Below are positions 57,365-64,000 of a DNA stretch of 64,000 bases, piece by piece. Numbering within the stretch: the first letter of the stretch is position 1; each line of letters opens with the position of its first letter. The position numbers were made by a program, and so were the translations under genes. Source of the DNA: Vicinamibacterales bacterium (lineage in GTDB: Bacteria > Acidobacteriota > Vicinamibacteria > Vicinamibacterales > UBA8438). The stretch spans positions 4,058,471 through 4,122,470 of the forward strand of contig CBDEVO010000003.1 of NCBI GenBank assembly GCA_965243615.1, given 5' to 3'. The notes beneath the pieces are model-generated. The model had not been told where the DNA came from. It saw nothing but the letters and a program-made list of their open reading frames with translations, and searched no databases.

Positions 57365-58813
57365 ATGAAGGTGTTGAGAAGCCTCGTTCCCATCGGCGCG
57401 CTCGGACTGACGTTCCTCGCTCTCCCGGCCGCCGCGCAGCCGGCGCCCGAGACGATCATCCGCGGCGGCGACGTCTTCACCGCGGGCGGCCTGCGGCAGG
57501 CCGACATCCGGGTCGTCGGGTCGACCATCGCCGAGATCGGCACCGGTCTCGCGGCCCGTGGCGCGGGCACCCGCGAGATCGACGCGCGCGGCCGGCTGGT
57601 GCTGCCGGGGGGCGTCGACCCCCACGTGCACCTCGGCCGCGACCGGCTGGACGACTACACGTCGGGCTCGGCGGCTGCCCTCGCGGGGGGTCTCACGACG
57701 ATCTCGAACTTCGGCGGGGTGGGGGCGGGCAGCACGCCGGCCGCGGCGGTGGCCCAGGCCGCCGCGGACGTGGCCGAGCAGGCGATCGCCGACTTCATCT
57801 TCCACCCCATCGTCTCGGACCCCGCCACCGCCACCGCCGAAACCCTCGCGGCCCTCGCCGACACCGGGCAGACCACCATCAAGGTGTTCATGGTGCGGCC
57901 CACGTTCGACGCCAGGGCCCCCGGCTTCGTCTCGACCATGCACGCGGCCCGCGAGAACGGCGTGCTCATGATGATGCACTGCGAGGATGCGGCGCTCGTG
58001 CAGATCACGTCGGAGCGGCTGCTGGCGGAAGGGCGCGGCGGCCTCGAGAACTTCCCCGACGCCCGGCCGGTGACGGCGGAGGTCGCGGCGACGCAGCGCG
58101 CGGTGTCGATGGCCGAGCAGACGGGCGCCGCCCTCTACATCGTCCACCTGTCTTCGGAGGGCGCCCTGCGGGTCGCCGAGCGGGCGCAGGCGCGCGGCCT
58201 GCCGGTGTACGTCGAGACGCGCCCCATCTACCTGCACCTGACGCGTGAGCGGTTCGACGGCCCCACCCCGGGCCTCTACATCGGTCAGCCCCCGCTGCGG
58301 GAGCAGAGCGACGTCGACGCCCTGTGGGACGGCATCGCCCGCGGGACCGTGCACGTCGTGGCCACCGACCACGTCGCCTACACGCGCGAGCAGAAGCTCG
58401 ACCCCGCGCAGAACGTCGTGCAGCACCGCGCGGGGATGAGCAACCTCCAGGTGATGCTGCCGATGCTCTACTCCGAGGGGGTCCGGGACGGCCGGATCAG
58501 CCTGGAGCGCTTCGTCGAGGTCACCTCCAGCAACCCCGCCAGGCTGTTCGGCCTGTATCCCCGCAAGGGGGCAATCGCGGTGGGGTCCGACGCGGACCTC
58601 GTGCTGTGGGACCCGGAGGAGACGCGGACCATCCGCAACGAGGACATGCTGTCGAACAGCGGCTACTCGGTGCACGCGGGCCGGGTGGTCACGGGCTGGC
58701 CGACCCTGACCATGCGGCGCGGGGAGATCGTGTACCGCAACGGCGAGGTCCTGGGCGCGGCGGGCAGCGGCGAGCTCGTCGACCGCGATCGGTGGCGCGG
58801 ACCACCGCTGTGA
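57365..58813 (+). CDS. Cyclic amidohydrolase (dihydropyrimidinase/hydantoinase/dihydroorotase-like) with a signal peptide
   Basis: The metal ligands are GGVDPHVHL, KVFM, MMHCED, IVHLSS and ATDHVAY. The N-terminus is MKVLRSLVPIGALGLTFLALPAAAQP. A GGAGG Shine-Dalgarno lies 7 nt upstream of ATG 57365. Confidence 0.85.
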   Translation: MKVLRSLVPIGALGLTFLALPAAAQPAPETIIRGGDVFTAGGLRQADIRVVGSTIAEIGTGLAARGAGTREIDARGRLVLPGGVDPHVHLGRDRLDDYTSGSAAALAGGLTTISNFGGVGAGSTPAAAVAQAAADVAEQAIADFIFHPIVSDPATATAETLAALADTGQTTIKVFMVRPTFDARAPGFVSTMHAARENGVLMMMHCEDAALVQITSERLLAEGRGGLENFPDARPVTAEVAATQRAVSMAEQTGAALYIVHLSSEGALRVAERAQARGLPVYVETRPIYLHLTRERFDGPTPGLYIGQPPLREQSDVDALWDGIARGTVHVVATDHVAYTREQKLDPAQNVVQHRAGMSNLQVMLPMLYSEGVRDGRISLERFVEVTSSNPARLFGLYPRKGAIAVGSDADLVLWDPEETRTIRNEDMLSNSGYSVHAGRVVTGWPTLTMRRGEIVYRNGEVLGAAGSGELVDRDRWRGPPL

Positions 58814-58858
58814 TGCAGGCGCGGCGCCGCCGGAACGGCCGGCGTCGGGGAGCCGGCG

Positions 58859-59569
58859 TCATGCGAGCTCCCATGGACGGCGGGCGGCCGCGGCCCGCGC
58901 CGCGCCTCGCCGGACCCCCGCCGCGATGGAGATGAAGAAGCCCGCGACGAGCCCGGGCAGCGCCGCGAGGTCCCGCCGGAAGGACTGCTGGTCGGCGTCG
59001 CCGACGATGAGGACTCCGCGCCGCATCGCGAACAGGGTGAAGGCGGCCGAGGCGAGCGTCAACGCCACGGAGGCGGCCGTGGCGCGCCCGAGCTCGGCCG
59101 TGCCGGCGGCGAGGTGTACCCCGAACTCGAGCACGTGCGCCGCCACCGGGATGGCGACCATGACGACGAGGGCGGCCGCCCAACCCGGGGTGGCCCGGCG
59201 AAAGGCCTGGGTGAGCGCGGACCAGCCACCGGTGCTCGCCACCCGGTACGCGAACTCGACCCCCAGCGCGGCGCCCGCCGCTTCCACGCCCGAGCCGCGC
59301 GTCACCGCCAGGAACAGAAGGCCCCGCACCACGCCGCTCACGAAGGCCGCCTTCCAGTTCCAGCGCGCGACGAGGTGATGGCGCGGCCGCCTCACCACAT
59401 CGGCGAGCACCGCCTTCACCGCAAGATCTCCGGCCTCGCCGCCCCGGCAGGCGCAGCCGGCCGCCGCCGGCCGCACCCCCTCGTGTGGTGAGTCGGGCAC
59501 GACCATACCCAGGCGGCGCGCCCGGGCTTCGAGCGCGACGCTTCCGCCGGTGTCGGTACACCCCCTCAT
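58859..59569 (-). CDS. Hypothetical membrane protein (start uncertain)
   Basis: It has several hydrophobic helices (AAFVSGVVRGLLFLAV, AAALVVMVAIPVAAHVL, VALTLASAAFTLFAM, LVAGFFISIAAG). No family was recognised. Confidence 0.4.
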   Translation of the reverse strand: MRGCTDTGGSVALEARARRLGMVVPDSPHEGVRPAAAGCACRGGEAGDLAVKAVLADVVRRPRHHLVARWNWKAAFVSGVVRGLLFLAVTRGSGVEAAGAALGVEFAYRVASTGGWSALTQAFRRATPGWAAALVVMVAIPVAAHVLEFGVHLAAGTAELGRATAASVALTLASAAFTLFAMRRGVLIVGDADQQSFRRDLAALPGLVAGFFISIAAGVRRGAARAAAARRPWELA

Positions 59570-59711
59570 GTCTGACCTCCGCGACGGAATGCGTCAGACA
59601 TCGTCGAATCGGCTCGCGCCCATGGAACAGGACGCGGGATCGGCCTCTCTGGCCGTGCGGGGACGTGGCGCTGGGATGCGGTTGGAGTTGGACGACGACG
59701 ACCGGCGAGGG

Positions 59712-61097
59712 CTACCGGACGCCGTCCATGAACTTCGCCCGCAGGGCCTCGCGGTCCACCACCCCGCCCCGCAGATGGACGCTGTCGATCCGGCGCGTGT
59801 TGGTGATGTCATCTAGCGGGTTCGCGTCGAGCACCACGAACGAGGCCTGCTTGCCGGGGGCCACCGTGCCGAGATCGTCGAGCTTCAGGATGGCGGCGTT
59901 GACCGCCGTCGCAGCGACGATAACCTCCATCGCGGTGAGGCCGCAGCCGGCCATGTCGCGCAGCTCGATGTGCGTGGTCCAGGCGACGCTGACGCCCGAG
60001 TCGGTGCCCATGCCGATGATCATCCCCGCCTCGCGGTTCCTCGCGAGGTTCCGGCACTGCAGCTCGAAGGACCCGCCGGGGCCCTCGGCCGCGAGACGGT
60101 CGGCCTCGCGGCGCAGGTTCTCGATCTCGAACGGCGGCAGCGTCTCGCTCAGCCACGGCAGGTCGTCGTGCGTGACCGGCGAGCCGGGCAGGTTGGGGAC
60201 GGTCCAGACCTCGGGGCGCTCGCGGACCAGGGCCATGTGCTCGTCGTCGATGTCGCGGTCGCGCACGGTGTGGGCGAAGCCGTCGACGCCGGCCCGCAGC
60301 AGCGCCTTGGCGTCGGCGAGCCCGCTCGTGGTGCCGAGATGCGCCGTCACCCGCATGCCGCGGGCGTGCGCCTCGCCGATGATGGCCTCGTACACGGCCG
60401 GCTCGAGCTTCGGAACGGTTCCGCCCCGGTCGTCGACCCAGATCTTCACGAGGTCGACGCCGTGCCCGTGCAGCTCCTCGACGGCCCCGCGGCCCTCGGC
60501 CTCGGTGCCCGCCCCGCGGGGGATCCCCAGGCGATAGGGTTGCTGGGGCCCGGCCATCGGCGTGGCGGCGATGCCCCGGCCCGACGTCAGGAAGCGCGCC
60601 GCGCCGGGGAGCATCGCCTCCCGCAGCTCGAACGCCAGCGCCTCGTCGAACTCGAGCCCGAGGCTCATGGTGGCCGCGACCCCGTGATACGCCGACCGCT
60701 CCAGATGCTCGACGAGGTTGGCGCGCGTGTAGTTGTCGGGGCTGTGCGACCCGTCCTTCACGTTCGTTAGCCCGATGTGCTGGTGCGCGTCGATCATCGC
60801 GGGAATCACCGTCTTCCCCGACAGGTCCACCCGCGCCGCGCCCGGCGGCGCCTCGCGTTCCCCCGCCTCGCCTACCCAGGCGAAGACGCCGTCCTCGACG
60901 AGAAACGCGGAGCGCTCGACGGGCGGACCGCCGCCGCCGTCGATGAGCCTCGCGCCCTCGAACCAGGTTGCGTTCCCCGCCGCAACCGGCGGTTCGTCCA
61001 CCGGGGCGCAGGCAATAGCCAGCAGCACGGCAGCGCATGCGAGCAGGCTCGGGGACACGAGTCGAGACCGCCGGGTCGAAGAAAAAAGGGTCGACAT
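59712..61097 (-). CDS. Amidohydrolase family lipoprotein (imidazolonepropionase/prolidase-like)
   Basis: It has the lipobox LLAIAC. The body reads GKTVIPAMIDAHQHIG...VKIWVDD...VTAHL...GVDGFAHT...GMGTDSG. Confidence 0.8.
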   Translation of the reverse strand: MSTLFSSTRRSRLVSPSLLACAAVLLAIACAPVDEPPVAAGNATWFEGARLIDGGGGPPVERSAFLVEDGVFAWVGEAGEREAPPGAARVDLSGKTVIPAMIDAHQHIGLTNVKDGSHSPDNYTRANLVEHLERSAYHGVAATMSLGLEFDEALAFELREAMLPGAARFLTSGRGIAATPMAGPQQPYRLGIPRGAGTEAEGRGAVEELHGHGVDLVKIWVDDRGGTVPKLEPAVYEAIIGEAHARGMRVTAHLGTTSGLADAKALLRAGVDGFAHTVRDRDIDDEHMALVRERPEVWTVPNLPGSPVTHDDLPWLSETLPPFEIENLRREADRLAAEGPGGSFELQCRNLARNREAGMIIGMGTDSGVSVAWTTHIELRDMAGCGLTAMEVIVAATAVNAAILKLDDLGTVAPGKQASFVVLDANPLDDITNTRRIDSVHLRGGVVDREALRAKFMDGVR

Positions 61098-61157
61098 CTC
61101 TCAGCTCCCGGGGAAAACCGCCATCCATGATAAGCGGCCGTCGGCACCCGCCGCGGC

Positions 61158-61742
61158 TCATCGCCGCCGCAGCGCGACGTGCAGGTCGAAGTGCTCGACG
61201 ACGGCCGTCAGCACCGTCAGGGCGACGTGCCCGGGGACGAGCATCGGGAACTCGCGCGAGAGCGCGGGACAGAGCAGGCCTATCGCCGCGAACTGCAACA
61301 CGATGCCCGCGTGCATGGGGTGGGAGATCCACGAGTAGGGAAACGACGTGACCCGGGCGCGCGGCACCGCGCCGAGCTCGACCCCGTAGTACGTCCGGGT
61401 CACGCCGAGGGCCCGTACCGCCAGCGCGTTCAGGACGATGCCGGCGACGAGCAGCGACCATCCCGCGACGGACGGCGCCAGCTCGCCCGACCGGACAGCG
61501 AGTGCGGCGAGCAGGCCGAACGCCACGGTCCGCCAGGCGGCGGACTGCAGCGCGAAACGCGCGGCCACGGTGCGCCGGAAGACGAACGCGGAGAGATTGA
61601 CGGCATGGTAGCCAGAGCTCAGGCCGTAGACGAGCACCCGCACGTCCTCGACCACGACGAGCAACGGCAGCAGCGCCGCGAGCGCCAACACCGCCTGCCC
61701 GACGAGGCCCGCCGCTTGCGATCGCCAGTCCGCCATGGTCAT
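61158..61742 (-). CDS. Membrane methyltransferase-like protein (PEMT / ICMT family-like)
   Basis: It has multiple TM helices and a C-terminal YSWISHPMHAGIVLQF-type segment typical of this family. Confidence 0.5.
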   Translation of the reverse strand: MTMADWRSQAAGLVGQAVLALAALLPLLVVVEDVRVLVYGLSSGYHAVNLSAFVFRRTVAARFALQSAAWRTVAFGLLAALAVRSGELAPSVAGWSLLVAGIVLNALAVRALGVTRTYYGVELGAVPRARVTSFPYSWISHPMHAGIVLQFAAIGLLCPALSREFPMLVPGHVALTVLTAVVEHFDLHVALRRR

Positions 61743-62008
61743 GCGGAGCGTCGCCGGCTCTCCGGCCGCATGGTAGAGCCCCGTCTATCGGTTGGGTGAC
61801 GGCGCCGACAATCCCGGGCTACGGTGCGTGTGTCCTGCCGAACCGCGATGATGGCGACAGCGTTCGCGATCGCGCGCCAACGCGTCGAGCGAGCAGGACC
61901 GCGGGGCTTCGACTACCGTGACCTAGGGTGCGCGCGCCGACATCGTCGTAGTCGATCATACCGGCGCCCGGACGACACACCCGAACTCACCTCCGTTCGA
62001 TGGCGCAT

Positions 62009-62407
62009 CTACCAGTATCTGACGGGGAGGCCATCCACTCGGCCGAAGCTCCGGCGGTCGCGCGTGGCGACCGAGTAGCCGAGACGCACCGCGGTCGCCG
62101 CAATCATCAGGTCGTGGGCGCCCATGGGCGTGCCCTTCAGTGCGAGATCCGCGGCCAGCGCCGCGTGCACCTGCGCAGCCTGCAGGTCGAAAGCGCTGAC
62201 CGGGAGGATCGCGAGCCACCGCTCGGCGAACGCGCGCGCCTGCATGAGGCGCAGGCCGCTGAGCCGGTGGGTGCCGTGGAGCAGCTCGGACGCGGTAATC
62301 GCGGCGATGCCCACGGGTTCGTCCGGGCCGGCCGCGAGCGCGGTCTCGAGGTCCAGTCGGCCACGTTCGGCCGCGATCAGGATGCTCGAGTCGATCAGGG
62401 TTCCCAT
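62009..62407 (-). CDS. vapC: PIN-domain toxin VapC
   Basis: The acidic residues are in the canonical PIN positions in MGTLIDSSILIAAERG...ITASELLHG...HDLMIAATAV...VATRDRRSF. The start is ATG 62405-62407. Confidence 0.85.
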   Translation of the reverse strand: MGTLIDSSILIAAERGRLDLETALAAGPDEPVGIAAITASELLHGTHRLSGLRLMQARAFAERWLAILPVSAFDLQAAQVHAALAADLALKGTPMGAHDLMIAATAVRLGYSVATRDRRSFGRVDGLPVRYW

Positions 62408-62727
62408 CGGTTCTCGGGGACCTCGGGGCGATTGTACAGGGCGATGCCCTCCTCGACCGCCTCGAGGTAGTCCTCGCCGGGCGATGGCACGGACCCTGAA
62501 CGGACGAGCTCGACGAAGTCGCGAATCGTGACGGTCTTCGCCTTCACGGGGCTGATCTCGGCTACCGGCGTGCCGCCACGCTCCACGACGTAGACGGCGT
62601 GCTCCTCCCGCACCCGATCGACGATCGCTCCGAAGTTCTTCGCGGTCTCCGTCGCGGTGACGACCCGTGCGCCGGATGCCGCTGGCGACCGCGGCCCGGC
62701 CCCGCTGCCTCGCAATCGTTTGGCCAT
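62395..62727 (-). CDS. Phd/YefM-type antitoxin
   Basis: TATETAKNFGAIVDRVREEHAVYVVERGGTPVAEISPV is the typical Phd N-domain. It overlaps the vapC start by 13 nt. The start may be internal. Confidence 0.75.
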   Translation of the reverse strand: MAKRLRGSGAGPRSPAASGARVVTATETAKNFGAIVDRVREEHAVYVVERGGTPVAEISPVKAKTVTIRDFVELVRSGSVPSPGEDYLEAVEEGIALYNRPEVPENRWEP

Positions 62728-62849
62728 TCACCCATGTTACGGATTATGCGGAGTATGCGCAATCTCTGGATCCGGACCGGAGAGTGCGGCGTCCTCTCCC
62801 CGAGAAACGCCTGCACCGGTCGATCCCCGTGGCGCTCGGCGAAGTGCGA

Positions 62850-62972
62850 CCGGGAGTCTGCGCCGCAGAACGGCGCGGACTCCGGGAGAGTTGGTTGCGC
62901 GCCAGACCGAGCGGCAGGCGACGATTGGCGGCCAAGGCCCGGGGACGTTTCCGCAAGCGGCCGGCCTTGGCC
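62850..62972 (+). repeat. Dispersed intergenic repeat, copy G, plus a 10-bp terminal hairpin
   Basis: The repeat reads CCGGGAGTCTGCGCCGcagaACGGCGCGGACTCCGGGAGAGTTGGTTGCGCGCCAGACCGAGCGGCAGGCGACGATTGGCGG. It is followed by GGCCAAGGCC-N23-GGCCTTGGCC (62930-62972), 7 nt beyond the PQQ dehydrogenase stop. Confidence 0.75.
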
Positions 62973-62978
62973 CTCCGT

Positions 62979-64000
62979 TCAGGGCAGAGCGAGCGCGATC
63001 AACTCGGCGCCGCCCTCGGCGCTCGACGTGCCGACGGCCACCGCGATGTACTGCTTCCCCTCGTGCAGGTAGCTGACCGGGTTGCCGTAGGGCACGGCCG
63101 GCAGCTCCACCGACCCCAGGTAGGCTCCGGTGTCCTTGTCGTAGGCGGTCATGGCCCGCGCCGCCTCGACCATGTCGTCGACGTAGCGACCGCCGGAGTT
63201 GACGATGAGCAGAGTCTTCGTGACGAGGGGACCGCCCCCGTGCATGCCGTTGTGGCCGCCGAGCGGAGGCAGCCCGAGGTGGCGCAGGGCCGGGTGGTTC
63301 CGCGGGCCGTCGCCGTGGGGAACCATCCAGGCGTGGTCGCCGGTGTTCAGGTCGATGGCGGTGACCCGCTTGTAGGGCGGCTTCACGAGGGGCAGCCCCT
63401 GCGGCCCCGGCACCGGCTGCGCCCACGGATCGGTGAAGTAGCCGACGGTGGCGGGAGGCGGGTACTCGACCAGCTCGACCGCCCGCAGCCGGGTCTGCGA
63501 CGGCACGAACAGGCGCCCCGTCTCGGGGTCGACGGCCGCGCCCGGCCAGTTGATGCCCCCGCCGGGGCCCGGCGACTGGATGATGGGCCGGCCCTCGCCC
63601 CGCACCGGCGGCGGCGTGAAGATGGGCCCGAGCTGCGCCCGCCCGGCGAGGCGGAGGGCCTCCGTGCGGAGCTCGGGGGTGAAGTCGATGAGGTCGTCGA
63701 CGGTGATGCCCTGCAGGTCGAACGCGGCCGGCTTCGTCGGGAACGGCTGGGTCGGCGCGTACCACTCCCCCGGCACCGCGCCGGCGGGGACCGGCCGCTC
63801 CTCTATCGGCCACACCGGCTCGCCGGTCACGCGGTCGAAGACGTACACGAAGGCCTGCTTGCTGGGCTGGGCGATCGCCTTCACGTCCCTGCCGCCGACA
63901 CGGATGTCGACGAGGTTGCCGGCGGTCGGGAAGTCGTAGTCCCAGAGCCCGTGGTGCACCGCCTGGAAGTGCCAGACCCGCTGACCGGTCTCGACGTCGA
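62979..64000 (-). CDS. PQQ-dependent dehydrogenase (glucose/quinate-type), 3' part; the gene continues beyond the window
   Basis: The frame is open to the window edge (VDVETGQRVWHFQAVHHGLWDYD...). The propeller blades read AIDLNTGDHAW and AYDKDTGAYLG. Confidence 0.85.
   Translation of the reverse strand, partial: DVETGQRVWHFQAVHHGLWDYDFPTAGNLVDIRVGGRDVKAIAQPSKQAFVYVFDRVTGEPVWPIEERPVPAGAVPGEWYAPTQPFPTKPAAFDLQGITVDDLIDFTPELRTEALRLAGRAQLGPIFTPPPVRGEGRPIIQSPGPGGGINWPGAAVDPETGRLFVPSQTRLRAVELVEYPPPATVGYFTDPWAQPVPGPQGLPLVKPPYKRVTAIDLNTGDHAWMVPHGDGPRNHPALRHLGLPPLGGHNGMHGGGPLVTKTLLIVNSGGRYVDDMVEAARAMTAYDKDTGAYLGSVELPAVPYGNPVSYLHEGKQYIAVAVGTSSAEGGAELIALALP

Noticed and set aside
61743-62008. The 266-nt gap between the methyltransferase-like gene and vapC as a possible decayed gene or small ORF (track ORF 61824-62078).
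   Set aside because: No frame gives a convincing protein-like translation or a recognisable motif on either strand. It is left unannotated.

Overview
This is a gene-dense, very GC-rich bacterial chromosomal segment. Hand-counted 60-nt lines gave 65-75% GC. Many neighbouring genes are joined by 4-nt ATGA or GTGA stop/start overlaps. I saw no rRNA, CRISPR array, transposase or integrase.

Gene content in order:
- A frameshifted hypothetical gene (1-605).
- A type II secretion / type IV pilus-like assembly cluster (pseudopilins, pilO/N/M, gspE, gspF; 635-9764), interrupted by an unassigned three-gene cassette (1783-3549).
- An isolated microcompartment shell gene plus an acylating aldehyde dehydrogenase (10055-12339).
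- comM and a SleB-like hydrolase.
- A polyphosphate cluster: ppk, ppx, then a CYTH-CHAD / ParA-like / SixA-like operon (14789-21412).
- Housekeeping genes: M23 peptidase, secA, guaB, tsaE, nnr, a class IV aminotransferase and gcvTHP.
- An enhancer-binding-type activator, a comEA / minor-pilin / PilZ operon and tRNA-Glu.
- A DUF1592/DUF1552 pair.
- A PP2C / LytS-kinase / LytTR operon.
- A long cluster of exported proteins (47436-56143), with four paralogs of a family I cannot name.
- Two amidohydrolases, a VapC/Phd toxin-antitoxin pair and the 3' part of a PQQ dehydrogenase.

Most notable observations:
1. An ArsC/Spx-like gene with an in-frame TGA at the CxxC cysteine position and a hairpin just downstream. 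It is a candidate selenoprotein that the ORF track truncates.
2. The four-paralog exported family, interleaved with a beta-propeller, an MBL hydrolase and a TIM-barrel enzyme.
3. A ParA-type ATPase inside a polyphosphate-granule gene cluster.
4. A stand-alone BMC-H plus aldehyde dehydrogenase pair. The shell gene is bracketed by two direct copies of a dispersed ~90-nt intergenic repeat, which has at least 7 copies in the window.

The taxonomic guess (Acidobacteriota- or Gemmatimonadota-like) is inference only. All family assignments come from motifs I recognise by eye, not from searches.
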